NCBI GenBank assembly: GCA_050011215.1
Contig: JBEKJM010000003.1
Coordinates: 1,641 to 65,640, forward strand
Direction: 5' to 3'
DNA length: 64,000 nucleotides
From: Nitrososphaerales archaeon
Lineage (GTDB): Archaea; Thermoproteota; Nitrososphaeria; Nitrososphaerales; Gagatemarchaeaceae
Shown: positions 51,564 to 61,329 of the stretch, piece by piece
Layout: the number at the start of each line of letters is the position of its first letter
Position numbering within the stretch: the first letter of the stretch is position 1
The notes under the pieces: model-generated
Databases searched by the model: none
What the model saw: the letters and a program-made list of their open reading frames with translations, nothing else
What the model was told of the DNA's origin: nothing
Position numbers and translations under genes: made by a program

Positions 51564-52361
51564 GTGAAGGTAAAGATGCTCCTCGATGACGGGAGGCCGA
51601 AGATTGAACCTGAAGAGCTGAAGGAGGTGATCGAGAAGGCGGGTATGACGGTGGGAGACAGGAAGGCCGACATCGGCGTGGTCGTTGGCGGCGACGGGAT
51701 CTTCAGCATGTTCGGCAGGAGCGAAGAGATGCCTCTGCTGTTCGTCGGCGTCAGGTCGAGAGGCGCGACGGGTTCGAAGGCTTACATGGCCGCAGCCTAC
51801 TTCGACGAACTGCCGTCTGCCCTGGAGGAGATTGCCGCAGGCCGCTTCACTGTAGAAGAACACGGACGCCTTGAGGTTCTGAAGAACGAGAAGCGTCTGG
51901 GGGAGGTCTTCACGGACGTCTACCTGCAGAGGGGAGCAGAAAGCAACTGCATCAGGTACAGGCTCAAGATCACTTCGACGGACATGGCCATCGAAGAGGC
52001 GGCAATCGGGGACGGCGTCGTGGTCACGACATCGGCAGGATCCACGGGTTACTATTCGTATCCAGACAAGGTGGACGGAAAAGAGATGCGGGTCGACGCC
52101 CATTCGACCGTCAGGAGAGACGAGATAGGAATCTGCCACATAACACCCACCTACACTGAACGCTCCGGGACCGGTGAGCATCCGTTCAGGTACACGGTTC
52201 CGTGGGGCAGCAGAGTCGAGCTTTGGATTTCGAGGCCTGCCGATGCAAGGCTCTATGGAGCCACAGCCAGCCGGAAGGGAGTCGAGATCGGAATGCGTGA
52301 TCGGATAACAGTAATCCCCAGCAGGAACACCACGAAGGTCATAGTTCTGAAGCCTTCGTAG
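51564..52361 (+). CDS. NAD(+) kinase-like protein
   Basis: VVVGGDGIF (GGDG motif) and TSAGSTGYYSY (cf. TPTGSTAY) in a 265-aa protein. Confidence 0.6.
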   Translation: MKVKMLLDDGRPKIEPEELKEVIEKAGMTVGDRKADIGVVVGGDGIFSMFGRSEEMPLLFVGVRSRGATGSKAYMAAAYFDELPSALEEIAAGRFTVEEHGRLEVLKNEKRLGEVFTDVYLQRGAESNCIRYRLKITSTDMAIEEAAIGDGVVVTTSAGSTGYYSYPDKVDGKEMRVDAHSTVRRDEIGICHITPTYTERSGTGEHPFRYTVPWGSRVELWISRPADARLYGATASRKGVEIGMRDRITVIPSRNTTKVIVLKPS

Positions 52362-52988
52362 TCAGTCGTTGGGCTCTACGCCGGTCACGATGTAGTCAAC
52401 CATCTCACCGATGTATGTGGCATGGTCTGAGATGCGCTCCAAGTACCTCAGAATCAGGTTAGCGGACACCGCACATCTGATGTCCTTCTTCTGGTCGAGG
52501 ACGGCCCGGAGGTTCTGCCTGTAGCTGTCGTCCACTGCGTCGTCAAGCTTGGGGATTTGTCTCGCAAGGGCGACGTCCCTCCTCGCGAAGGCGTCCACGC
52601 TCATCCTGATCATCTCCTGGGTGTCGCGAGCGGTCTCGACGACTGCCCCGTGGTCGCACTTGCTGAGGTCGCCGAAAATCTCCAGCACCTCAACGATGTC
52701 AAGCGCGTACCTTCCGAAGCGGAAGAATCCATAGGATATCTCGAAACAGGCTTTGATGAACCTGAGGTCTGATGCTACGGGCTGGAACCGGGCGATCAGC
52801 TCCATCGAGAGATCACTCACCTGGCGATGCAGGGTCTGGAGACGCCTCGACCGCTCTCTGACCTCCGCGCCCTTGCCGCCCTTGCTGTAGGCTTCGATTG
52901 AAGCAGCGACTGCGTTCTCCGAGAGGGTGGCCATCTCGAGCAGCATGTCGTTGAGCTTGTCGAGGCCCATGTCCATGAGTCTAGGCAA
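52362..52988 (-). CDS. phoU: phosphate signalling complex protein PhoU
   Basis: 208 aa with a two-repeat PhoU helical pattern (..E..VD.., ..ISDHATYIGE), downstream of pstB. Confidence 0.85.
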   Translation of the reverse strand: MPRLMDMGLDKLNDMLLEMATLSENAVAASIEAYSKGGKGAEVRERSRRLQTLHRQVSDLSMELIARFQPVASDLRFIKACFEISYGFFRFGRYALDIVEVLEIFGDLSKCDHGAVVETARDTQEMIRMSVDAFARRDVALARQIPKLDDAVDDSYRQNLRAVLDQKKDIRCAVSANLILRYLERISDHATYIGEMVDYIVTGVEPND

Positions 52989-52998
52989 TTCTCTTCAC

Positions 52999-53838
52999 CT
53001 ACCCGAATTTCCCTGTGATGTACCTCTCAGTCAGTTCTTGTTGGGGGTTTTCGAAGATCCTCGCTGTCTCGTCATATTCAATCAGCTTCCCCAGATACAT
53101 GAAGGCAGTGTAGTCTGCGACCCTTGAGGCCTGCTGCATGTTGTGTGTTACAACCACAACTGTATACTGCGTCTTGAGACTAATCATCAGCCCCTCGATT
53201 TTTGCAGTGGCAGCCGGGTCCAGGGCCGAACAGGGCTCGTCCATCAGGATGACCTCGGGCTCAAGTGCAATGGCCCGAGCTATGCAAAGCCTCTGTTGCT
53301 GTCCTCCTGAGATGCTGGTCCCAGGCTTGTTTAGGTCGTCCCTCACTTCCTCCCAAAGCCCAGCCTGTTCCAGACTCCGCCTGACAATCTCATCAAGGTT
53401 CCTCCCTCTCTTCATGCCCGTCAGTTTCAGGCCTGCCGCTACGTTATCGTAGATCGACATCGTCGGGAACGGATTTGGCTTCTGAAAGACCATGCCTACT
53501 CTCCTCCGGATCAGCACAGGGTCTACCCTCTTGGCATAGATGTCCTCATCATCAAGGAAGACCTGGCCTGAAGTGGTTGCTCCAGGAACGAGTTCGTGCA
53601 TCCTGTTCAAGCAGCGCACGTAGGTCGATTTCCCACAACCTGACGGCCCTATGATTGCAGTCACTGCGTTGCTGGTTATCTTCAGGGAGACCTCGCTCAG
53701 CGCCTGTTTTCCGTGGTACCAGGCACTCAGATCAACGGTCCTTATCTTCTCCGAGCCCTGCCCCTGCATCGGCATGTGGTAACCATTGTCGACTTCTAAT
53801 GTCTTCATCGCGCTCAAATCCAAGATTGGAGTTGTCAT
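52999..53838 (-). CDS. pstB: phosphate ABC transporter ATP-binding protein
   Basis: [35 protein letters not shown] and the C-terminal ..[10 protein letters not shown] typical of PstB. Confidence 0.9.
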   Translation of the reverse strand: MTTPILDLSAMKTLEVDNGYHMPMQGQGSEKIRTVDLSAWYHGKQALSEVSLKITSNAVTAIIGPSGCGKSTYVRCLNRMHELVPGATTSGQVFLDDEDIYAKRVDPVLIRRRVGMVFQKPNPFPTMSIYDNVAAGLKLTGMKRGRNLDEIVRRSLEQAGLWEEVRDDLNKPGTSISGGQQQRLCIARAIALEPEVILMDEPCSALDPAATAKIEGLMISLKTQYTVVVVTHNMQQASRVADYTAFMYLGKLIEYDETARIFENPQQELTERYITGKFG

Positions 53839-54677
53839 CTGCGTCCCATCCGTCTTTCCCGGCTTGCAAGCCGCACTGCTACGTTGATGGCTAGAACAAT
53901 GAGAATCAAGACGAGCGCTGCGCCCCAGGCCGCCTGTTGGTATCCGCTGTACGGCTGCTTCCAGTCTGTGAAGATGTACATCGTAAGCGATCCCGTTGGC
54001 CCGTTCAAGCCATGTAGGTAGTAGGTGTTGCCGAATGCGGTGAACAATAGTGGTGCCGTCTCACCGGCTACTCTTGCAACCGCGAGCAGAGAACCCGTTA
54101 TCAGGCCAGAACGTGCGGCCCTGAGGACGATGCTGACCGTCGCTCTCCATTTCCTGATGCCGAGAGCTGAAGAGCCTTCCCTTATGGAGTTCGGCACCAG
54201 CTTGATTGACTCCTCGGTCGTCCTGGAAACGATTGGAATCAGGATGAAAGAGAGAGCAAGCGCGCCCGCCAGCGGGGAGTAGCCGAAAACAAGGACGAAA
54301 ATGAGGTAGACTGTGATGCCAGCTATAATGGTTGGAAACTCAGTCAGCACGTCGCTGAAGAATCTCATAGCAGATGCGTACCTGTTGTCGCCGTACTCGG
54401 CAAGGTAAATGCCAGACATGACTCCAATGGGTATTCCGATAAGACTCGTCAGGCCGACCATGATCAGGGTCCCCTGAATTGCCGGACCTATGCCACCTGG
54501 GCTCGTCGGGGACGGGAGCGAACTCGAGGTAAGGAATTTCCAACTCAGGGCCGGCGCGCCTTTGACTACGACGTCAAGGAGTATGCTTCCCAGGGGAATT
54601 ACCGCGATTATGACACATGCGGCTCCGAGAAAGGTGAAGAGCCTGTTCTTGAACCGTCGGACTGCGTATCTGTCCAA
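53835..54677 (-). CDS. pstA: phosphate ABC transporter permease PstA
   Basis: 6-TM permease with [11 protein letters not shown]..(EAA-like loop). Second permease in operon order. Confidence 0.85.
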   Translation of the reverse strand: MDRYAVRRFKNRLFTFLGAACVIIAVIPLGSILLDVVVKGAPALSWKFLTSSSLPSPTSPGGIGPAIQGTLIMVGLTSLIGIPIGVMSGIYLAEYGDNRYASAMRFFSDVLTEFPTIIAGITVYLIFVLVFGYSPLAGALALSFILIPIVSRTTEESIKLVPNSIREGSSALGIRKWRATVSIVLRAARSGLITGSLLAVARVAGETAPLLFTAFGNTYYLHGLNGPTGSLTMYIFTDWKQPYSGYQQAAWGAALVLILIVLAINVAVRLASRERRMGRR

Positions 54678-54678
54678 T

Positions 54679-55635
54679 CTACTCGATCGCTCCTCCCTTG
54701 ACCTTCAGGACTCTGGTGACCATTAGCCGCGCTATGATGTTGATGGAAAAGGCGAGAACCATGAGGAAAAGCCCAACCCCGAGGATGGCCGAAAATTCTT
54801 GGGTTCCCGGCGTGGCTTCGAAGAAGAGATTGAGGATCAAAGACGACATGGTCTGGCCGGGCTTTAGCAGTGAAGTCGGGAGAGCTGAGGGGCCGATCGT
54901 GTTGCCAATCACCATGCTGACCGCGATGGTCTCGCCTACGGCCCGGCCGAGGCCCAAAATGACAGCCCCGAAGAGGCCAGAACGGGCATAGCCAAGAACC
55001 CAATTTCTGGTTACCTCCCACCTAGTGGCGCCGATGCTGTAAGCGCCTTCCCTGACGGAATTCGGGACTGCGGAGATGACCTCCCTGCTCACAGAGGAGA
55101 CCGTTGGGATTATCATGATTGCGAGTATGCAGCCCGCGGTAAGCACGTCGACGCCAATGGGTGGTCCGCTGAAGATGGGTATCCATCCAAAATAGGTTGA
55201 CAGAGGAGTCTCTATGTAATCGGCTATGAAGAACCGGAATACGAAGAAACCCCACAAGCCGTAGATCACGCTCGGGACGGCCGCAAGCAGCTCGACGAGG
55301 TTCGAGACAGGAATTCGAATTCCTCTTGGCGACATCTCCGAAAGGAAGATTGCGATGCCGAGGCTTATCGGGACGCCGATTATCAATGCAATGGCTGAAG
55401 TAACTAACGTGCCGAGCATGTAGGGCAGGGCTCCGTAGATCTCCTTTCCAGCCGCAGAGTTCCACTTCGTACCAGTGAAGAAGTATAGCCCGAACCTTTT
55501 CAGCACTGGAATCGAGCTGCTCAGTAGCGTGTAACCCATTAGCAAGAGGATTACTAGAGCAGAAGCCGCCAGCGCTGCGGCGACCAGCTTGAATGCGTAG
55601 TCGCTAGTTGGGAATCTACTCAAGCGCATCGACAA
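54679..55635 (-). CDS. pstC: phosphate ABC transporter permease PstC
   Basis: 6-TM permease with REGAYSIGATRWE (EAA loop). First permease after pstS. Confidence 0.85.
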   Translation of the reverse strand: MSMRLSRFPTSDYAFKLVAAALAASALVILLLMGYTLLSSSIPVLKRFGLYFFTGTKWNSAAGKEIYGALPYMLGTLVTSAIALIIGVPISLGIAIFLSEMSPRGIRIPVSNLVELLAAVPSVIYGLWGFFVFRFFIADYIETPLSTYFGWIPIFSGPPIGVDVLTAGCILAIMIIPTVSSVSREVISAVPNSVREGAYSIGATRWEVTRNWVLGYARSGLFGAVILGLGRAVGETIAVSMVIGNTIGPSALPTSLLKPGQTMSSLILNLFFEATPGTQEFSAILGVGLFLMVLAFSINIIARLMVTRVLKVKGGAIE

Positions 55636-55689
55636 CCCGGAGTATTCTAAAAAAGATGAGGGGCAGGTGTCGGTTATCCGACACCATGC

Positions 55690-56934
55690 CTAGGTCGTTA
55701 GTAGGGATTGCCCGTTGTATGTTATGGATTGGATGGTCTGTTCGTCCAATGTGACCACGTTCTGTGGGAGTGGGACGTACCCAAGTGCCATATTTTGTTG
55801 CTGCCCGGTGGTGACTACCCACCATAGGAATTGGACCAAGGCCGTAGCGCCCGCCGCAGACTTGCCGGAGGTCTGCGCCGTGTTCACGCTCAAATCCTGG
55901 TAGACGAATATGTAGGTGAATGTCACGATTGGGTAGGTGCCTGCACCTGCCTGATTGAGGAGGTTGACGCTAGCCCAGCTTGCATTTCCAGCCGGAAGGG
56001 AGGGAAGGGCGGTTGCGGCAGCCGCGGAAGTAGCCTGCGTCGGCAGGACGTAATCTCCCGCCGGGTTCTGGACAGCAGCGACTGTAATCTTGGGTGTAGA
56101 GGTCAGTGCGTAGGCCAGTTCGACGTAGCCCATGGTGTAGTGGGTGCCTTGGACGAATCCCGCCACGCCTGCATTACCGTTTGCGCCGTATCCTGTTGGC
56201 CAGGTGGGGGCCTTAGCCTGTCCTACCTCTTTCGCCCACGCAGCGCTGTCTTCAGTGAGGAATCCTGTGAATGTGAATGATGTCCCTGAACTGTCAGACC
56301 TGTGCACGACGATGATTTGCTGGTTCGGAAGGGCAGCCTTCAGCGTCGCGTTGGTTTGCAGGCTCAGAATTGCCGGGTCGTTCCACTTTGTGATGTTCCC
56401 GGCGAATATCTGCGCCATGACGGCTCCGGTGAGGTTGAGCCCTGACGCGATGTGGGGAAGGTTGTAGGCCACTGTGACCGATCCTATGGCGTCTGGGATC
56501 GTAAGGGCCTTCGGCGCCTTCGCCTGGTCAGCTGCCTGCAGCGGGGCGTCCGACGCGGCGTAGTCAACCGTATGCCCTTCAAGGTCCGTGATTCCGGCTC
56601 CACTTCCTATTGACTGGTAGTTGATTTGGATGTTCGGGTAGAGGGACGTGTATTGGGTGATCCACGCGGACATGAGGGGGTAGACGAATGTCGAACCAGC
56701 GCCGTCCAGCGAGAACGATTGAGATTTTGTGGAAGACGTCGTGGTGACGGAGGTGCTGATACTGGTGGTGACACTGGTACTTATACTGGTGCTGATTTTA
56801 GTAGTCGTTGCAGTCACAGTTGTGGACTTTCCCGTGTCGACCGCGATGTATGCGGCCGCGGCTATGACCACGATGATGAGCACGACTGTCAGAGCGACTG
56901 TAATTGTGCTGATACCTTTCTTGCTGATCTTCAT
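55690..56934 (-). CDS. pstS: phosphate-binding protein PstS with N-terminal TM anchor and Ser/Thr-rich linker
   Basis: MKISKKGISTITVALTVVLIIVV.., a T/S linker, then GAGSTFVYPL and SGTSFTF PstS motifs. ATG 56934 is supported by a TATA box 30 nt upstream. The track's longer ORF is rejected. Confidence 0.85.
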   Translation of the reverse strand: MKISKKGISTITVALTVVLIIVVIAAAAYIAVDTGKSTTVTATTTKISTSISTSVTTSISTSVTTTSSTKSQSFSLDGAGSTFVYPLMSAWITQYTSLYPNIQINYQSIGSGAGITDLEGHTVDYAASDAPLQAADQAKAPKALTIPDAIGSVTVAYNLPHIASGLNLTGAVMAQIFAGNITKWNDPAILSLQTNATLKAALPNQQIIVVHRSDSSGTSFTFTGFLTEDSAAWAKEVGQAKAPTWPTGYGANGNAGVAGFVQGTHYTMGYVELAYALTSTPKITVAAVQNPAGDYVLPTQATSAAAATALPSLPAGNASWASVNLLNQAGAGTYPIVTFTYIFVYQDLSVNTAQTSGKSAAGATALVQFLWWVVTTGQQQNMALGYVPLPQNVVTLDEQTIQSITYNGQSLLTT

Positions 56935-56960
56935 CTTCAGAGACGGGCAGTGAACGACTG

Positions 56961-57048
56961 AATATATTGCTCCCCGAATTACTTCCAATTCTGGTATTGT
57001 ACTCACAGCGAAGTATATGGAGTTCTTGCAGAACTGATGGTTTATATA
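56961..57048. promoter_or_regulatory. divergent pstS / phoU-abrB promoters with candidate operator
   Basis: TATA AATATATT (56961-56968) serves pstS and TTTATATA (57041-57048) serves the + gene. The inverted repeat AGTTCT-TGC-AGAACT (57021-57035) lies between them. Confidence 0.45.
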
Positions 57049-57073
57049 TTGACATATAGGTTCAACGACACAT

Positions 57074-58084
57074 ATGGACTTCCGAAAGGTCCAGGTCACA
57101 GGTGGGAACAGCTTCGTCGTCTCGCTTCCCAAGACATGGGTGAAGGACGTGGGCCTTAAGCCCAAAGATGCCGTCGCGATAATCGTGCAGCCAGACTCAT
57201 CGCTCCTGATAATTCCAAGGAAAGAGCTCCGAGAGGCAGCCAAGTCTGAGGCCGTGATTGAAGCCTCACCGGGACTCGACAAGGACGCATTGCTGAGACA
57301 CTTCATCTCATTCTACCTAGCAGGCTACGACATCATCAGAATCAACCTCGGAAGATCGGATGGATCGCTTAGAAGGTCAATCAAGGAAGGAATACGGCGG
57401 AAGCTGGTTGGCGTCGAGATCATAGAGGAATCTCAGACCGGAATCCTTACCCAGTGCCTCTCTGGATATATCGATCTCCCGCTGAAGAAGGCCCTCGAGA
57501 GGATGGCGATAATAGCGGCAGGAATGATCACAGATGCGGCCGCAGCACTTCATGACGACACTACGGGGATGGCCGAGGAAGTAATCCAACGCGACGACGA
57601 GGTGGACAGGTTCTATCACTTCATCCTTAGGCAGCTAAACATCGCGGTCAGGGATCGCTCGGTGATTCAGGAGATTGGTCTTAGTTCTGCCAGAGACTGT
57701 CTTGGCTATAGACTGGTGGCTAAGAGCACGGAAAGAGTGGCGGATCACGCCGTGTTGATAGCGACCCAGGCTGAGACACTGAAGTCGGTTCCTGAAGGGT
57801 CCGTGAGGAAGGTCCAGGAGATGACCGCGCTTTCACGGAAGATCTTTGAGAGTTCTATAACCGCCCTGCTGAGGTTGGATGCAAAGATGGCGGAAGAGGC
57901 GATATCGAAGACAAAGGAAGTAGCAAGACTTGAGGAGAAGCTGAGCTCAGAGATCCTGGTGCCCAGGATGAGCGGAACGCAGGTCGCCTCGGTCAAGCTG
58001 ATGCTCGAAAGCATCCGGAGGGTGGCTGAATACGGCGCAGACATATCTGAAGCGGCCTTGGACCTCGCTGTCAGCGAGCCTTAG
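57074..58084 (+). CDS. AbrB/SpoVT-domain plus PhoU-domain transcriptional regulator
   Basis: The N-terminus VQVTGGNSFVVSLPKTWVKDVGLKPKDAV is an AbrB-type swapped hairpin. Two PhoU-like repeats follow (..QRDDEVDRFY.., ..ERVADHA..). Confidence 0.8.
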   Translation: MDFRKVQVTGGNSFVVSLPKTWVKDVGLKPKDAVAIIVQPDSSLLIIPRKELREAAKSEAVIEASPGLDKDALLRHFISFYLAGYDIIRINLGRSDGSLRRSIKEGIRRKLVGVEIIEESQTGILTQCLSGYIDLPLKKALERMAIIAAGMITDAAAALHDDTTGMAEEVIQRDDEVDRFYHFILRQLNIAVRDRSVIQEIGLSSARDCLGYRLVAKSTERVADHAVLIATQAETLKSVPEGSVRKVQEMTALSRKIFESSITALLRLDAKMAEEAISKTKEVARLEEKLSSEILVPRMSGTQVASVKLMLESIRRVAEYGADISEAALDLAVSEP

Positions 58085-58119
58085 AATCAATGACAACGAA
58101 AGTGAAGGGTCGAGATCCT

Positions 58120-58428
58120 CTATCTCTCGGGGAGCTCGCACATCTGCTCCATTTCACGGAGAAGAACTCTCTCGCCCTCGTCGGTGAGGCACAGGGTTTG
58201 CTTGACACCGCTTCCATCAAGCTCAGAGACCACGCCCACTAAGCGGTTCCTGCGGAGTCGGTCGAGCAGCTGCCCGAACTCGGAAGGCTTCATTCCGAAG
58301 GAGGCATGCAGCTCTCCGTTCGTGAGGGGCTTCCGCGCCAGGGCAAGCAAAACAACGAAGCCTTGGCCCGAAACCCTGCTGCCGTGGCCAAAGCTCTTGG
58401 CCCCGATTTCTTGGATTTCTTGCATCAT
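58120..58428 (-). CDS. small winged-helix (MarR/ArsR-like) protein
   Basis: VVLLALARKPLTNGELHASFGMKPSEFGQLLDRLRRNRLVGV resembles an HTH plus wing. Confidence 0.5.
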   Translation of the reverse strand: MMQEIQEIGAKSFGHGSRVSGQGFVVLLALARKPLTNGELHASFGMKPSEFGQLLDRLRRNRLVGVVSELDGSGVKQTLCLTDEGERVLLREMEQMCELPER

Positions 58429-58665
58429 CGGAGTGAAGATGATGATGTGCGGCTAAATGGGTTGTCGAATTGAACTATAGTCGCGACGAGAAGTATAGAG
58501 ATTCGCCAAGCTGTACCTACGCTCATGTGCAGCCAGCGCCAGGCTCTGTCACACTCAGGTCGCGGTATCCTGCTCGGCGTCAACATCCTGAGAGGATGCA
58601 GGCACATCGGCAGTTCTCAAGTTTGGGAATCATCCCCACGAGTTAAATCCGTTGCCACGAGCGAA

Positions 58666-59175
58666 ATGATTAGTGGAACGATGCCGGAACAAAGCGTGCA
58701 GAAGGCGGAACACAAGTTGGGGATCGTAGTCTTCGACACAAAGTTCGGGAACACCGAGAAGATAGCGAAGTCTATCGCGGCCGGGCTAGAACGAGCAGGG
58801 GTCGCGGTGAAGTGCACCAGCGTGAGCGAGGCGCACCCCGGGTCTCTAAAAGACTACGATCTCATAGCTGTCGGAGCGCCAACCCAGACCTTCACCGCAT
58901 CGAAACCCATGAAGGAGTTCATCTGCCTCGTAGAGAACGCTGGTGGGCTGGCAGGGAAAAGCTTCTACGCGTTCGACACCAGGCTTCCGAGCAAGTTCTC
59001 AGGGAGTGCCGCGAAGTACATCGAGTCCAAGCTGGAGAAGCTGGGACTCCGACCTGCAGCACCTAGGTCATCTGCGATAGGGCGGGGAAGCGTCTTCAGG
59101 CTGGATGACGGGGAAGAGATGAGGTTCGAGCGAATCGGGTTCGAGGTAGGCACGAACCTGTCGAAATCAAGCTAG
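58666..59175 (+). CDS. flavodoxin-like protein
   Basis: LGIVVFDTKFGNTEKIAKSIAAGL (FMN phosphate loop) and DLIAVGAPTQ. ATG 58666 is preferred over the track start. Confidence 0.65.
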   Translation: MISGTMPEQSVQKAEHKLGIVVFDTKFGNTEKIAKSIAAGLERAGVAVKCTSVSEAHPGSLKDYDLIAVGAPTQTFTASKPMKEFICLVENAGGLAGKSFYAFDTRLPSKFSGSAAKYIESKLEKLGLRPAAPRSSAIGRGSVFRLDDGEEMRFERIGFEVGTNLSKSS

Positions 59176-59232
59176 GCGTGCCCCTAACCCGGGTCAGAAT
59201 GCAGACTCCCCAAGCTTGTGATCCGAGTATTC

Positions 59233-60006
59233 CTATTCGATCAATCTCTTCAGGACGACAGACGCGCACCCAATGAAGAAGAGCGTGGAGAGCAGTAGGG
59301 CTAGGATGTCGACTGGCAACGCTGAGTAATCCCCCGTCAGGAGCATGCACCTTATTGCATCTACACCGTAGCTAAGCGGGTTGAACTTCGAGATGTACTG
59401 TAGCCAGACTGGCATCAAAGAAACAGGGTAGATTGCGTTGCTCGCGAAAAAGAGAGGCATTGTTATCGCTTGTCCGATGCCCATCATCCTGTCACGCGTC
59501 TTGAGGAATGAAGCGAGCGTCATTGACAAGCAAGCGAAACACATGGCCAAGAGGACAGCCGCTATGAAGACTCCAGTCACGTCAAGCGGGTCGAAACGGA
59601 GATTGATTCCAATGATGAGTGCCAGAGCGAATACCATCACTCCTTGGAAAATCCCTCTGACCCCCGCCGCCAGCGACTTGCCAACTACGATAGAAAGCCT
59701 CGGCGAGGGGGTAGAGAGCAACTTGGTAAGCAAACCGACGTCCCTTTCCCAGACTATTGTTATCCCGTAGAAGATTGCGACGAAGAGAACCGACTGTGCT
59801 AGAACACCGGGTGCGATGTATTGGATATAGCTGTACCCAGGTATCGAAAGACTTCGAACGGCATTGAAGACCTCACCGAAGACCAACAACCAGAGCGCGG
59901 GCTGGACTGTCCTCATCCACAGTTCTGTCGAATCGTGCCGAATCTTCCTTGCTTCAATTTCGGCGATTGTCAGCGCACTTGATACGGACCGCTGTAGATT
60001 GATCAT
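59233..60006 (-). CDS. ABC-2 type exporter permease
   Basis: 6-TM protein with an ABC-2 (DrrB/NatB-like) organisation. 4-nt overlap with the upstream ATPase. Confidence 0.8.
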   Translation of the reverse strand: MINLQRSVSSALTIAEIEARKIRHDSTELWMRTVQPALWLLVFGEVFNAVRSLSIPGYSYIQYIAPGVLAQSVLFVAIFYGITIVWERDVGLLTKLLSTPSPRLSIVVGKSLAAGVRGIFQGVMVFALALIIGINLRFDPLDVTGVFIAAVLLAMCFACLSMTLASFLKTRDRMMGIGQAITMPLFFASNAIYPVSLMPVWLQYISKFNPLSYGVDAIRCMLLTGDYSALPVDILALLLSTLFFIGCASVVLKRLIE

Positions 60007-60920
60007 CTTCCATGCCTCGCGATGCTGCGCCTGGCCGAACGTGCTTCTCTGAATGTCCCGTCCTGCTGCAGACTTGTCTTCGCGTACTTCATGAAGACAT
60101 CGTCGAGGGTCGGCCTGCTCAAGGATACAGACTCCACCACGGCACCGTTCCGTTCGAAGTATTCCATAAGTCGGGGGATTGCTGCCTCGCCATCCTCCGT
60201 GAGAATCTTTACTGTCCCCTGTTCCGAACTGATGACCGAACCCAGGCCTGTCGGTAGAGTAGCAGCTGCCTGACCAGTCACCTTGACCGTCAATACATCT
60301 CCACCCACAGAATGCTTAAGGTCAGCCGGCGCGCCAGAGATAGCTATCTTTCCCATATTCATTATCGCCAACCTATTGCACAGGACGTCAGCCTCAGCCA
60401 TATCATGAGTCGTAATGAGGATAGTCGTTCCGAACTCCCGGTTCAACTCCCGTATCTGTTCGATGACCTGCTTCTTCGAATACGGGTCCAGTCCAATGCT
60501 CGGCTCATCCAGGAACATTATCTTGGGACGGTTCACCAAGGCCTGGGCGATTTCCAGACGCCTCATCATGCCTCCCGAATAGTTCTTCACAAGTTCGTTC
60601 GCACGGTCGGCAAGTCCGAAGTACTCCAAGGCATCAAGTATCCTCTGCTTCCTATCCTCGCGACTCACGAAGAAGAGCTTTGCAAAGACGAGCAAGTTCT
60701 CGTATCCCGTCAGGTCGCCGTCCACTGAGATTGCCTGGGGAACGAAGCCAAGCATCTGTCTTACCTCCTGGGGAGCGCGCTGCACATCAATACCGAAGAC
60801 CCTTATCGAACCCGCGGTCGGCCGAGCGAGGGTTGTTATGGTCTTGATGGCAGTAGTCTTGCCCGCGCCGTTGGGACCAAGTAGTCCGAAGATTTCACCC
60901 TCCTCCACCGAGAAACTCAC
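60003..60920 (-). CDS. ABC exporter ATP-binding protein (DrrA-like); true N-terminus probably 22 codons further upstream
   Basis: GPNGAGKTT, YSGGMMRRLEIAQAL and MFLDEPS. The conserved first beta-strand (KAIEVDSLTKVYPNGTRAVDG) is encoded in frame at 60921-60986 with no ATG/GTG/TTG. Confidence 0.85.
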   Translation of the reverse strand: MSFSVEEGEIFGLLGPNGAGKTTAIKTITTLARPTAGSIRVFGIDVQRAPQEVRQMLGFVPQAISVDGDLTGYENLLVFAKLFFVSREDRKQRILDALEYFGLADRANELVKNYSGGMMRRLEIAQALVNRPKIMFLDEPSIGLDPYSKKQVIEQIRELNREFGTTILITTHDMAEADVLCNRLAIMNMGKIAISGAPADLKHSVGGDVLTVKVTGQAAATLPTGLGSVISSEQGTVKILTEDGEAAIPRLMEYFERNGAVVESVSLSRPTLDDVFMKYAKTSLQQDGTFREARSARRSIARHGR

Positions 60921-61329
60921 GCCGTCGACAGCTCTCGTTCCGTTGGGGTAGACCTTTGTCAGGGAATCGACCTCAATCGCTTTCGTGGTTCGTTCGCCAG
61001 CGGGAGGTCATAATGCAGCCATTATAAGGTGGAAAACAGTCTCCTGTCCTTCATCGTCGCCCACGGCTCAAATCCATGTTCGTGGAGGAATCAAGAACCA
61101 TTCGATTGAATGGGCAGGAAGGAGTCTGTCCTAAACTAACGGCCGAGAATGCGACACGTACACATGTCTGGAACAACTCGCAGAAGAGTTCTTTCGAGTT
61201 CAGGGGATTTACTTCTCTTGCAGTTTCTGTTAAAGTGATGGATAATTGTTGCAATAATACCCGTTCAAACCACCTGAACGGCCGTTCCATTCCGCTCGTT
61301 CATATCGACTCCATTCCTATGCTCAAGGT

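Noticed and set aside
56935-57306. 124-codon N-terminal extension of PstS in the track ORF 55690-57306.
   Set aside because: It runs through the divergent promoter region and into the abrB-phoU gene on the opposite strand. ATG 56934 gives a normal Lys-rich n-region plus TM anchor and has a correctly spaced TATA box.
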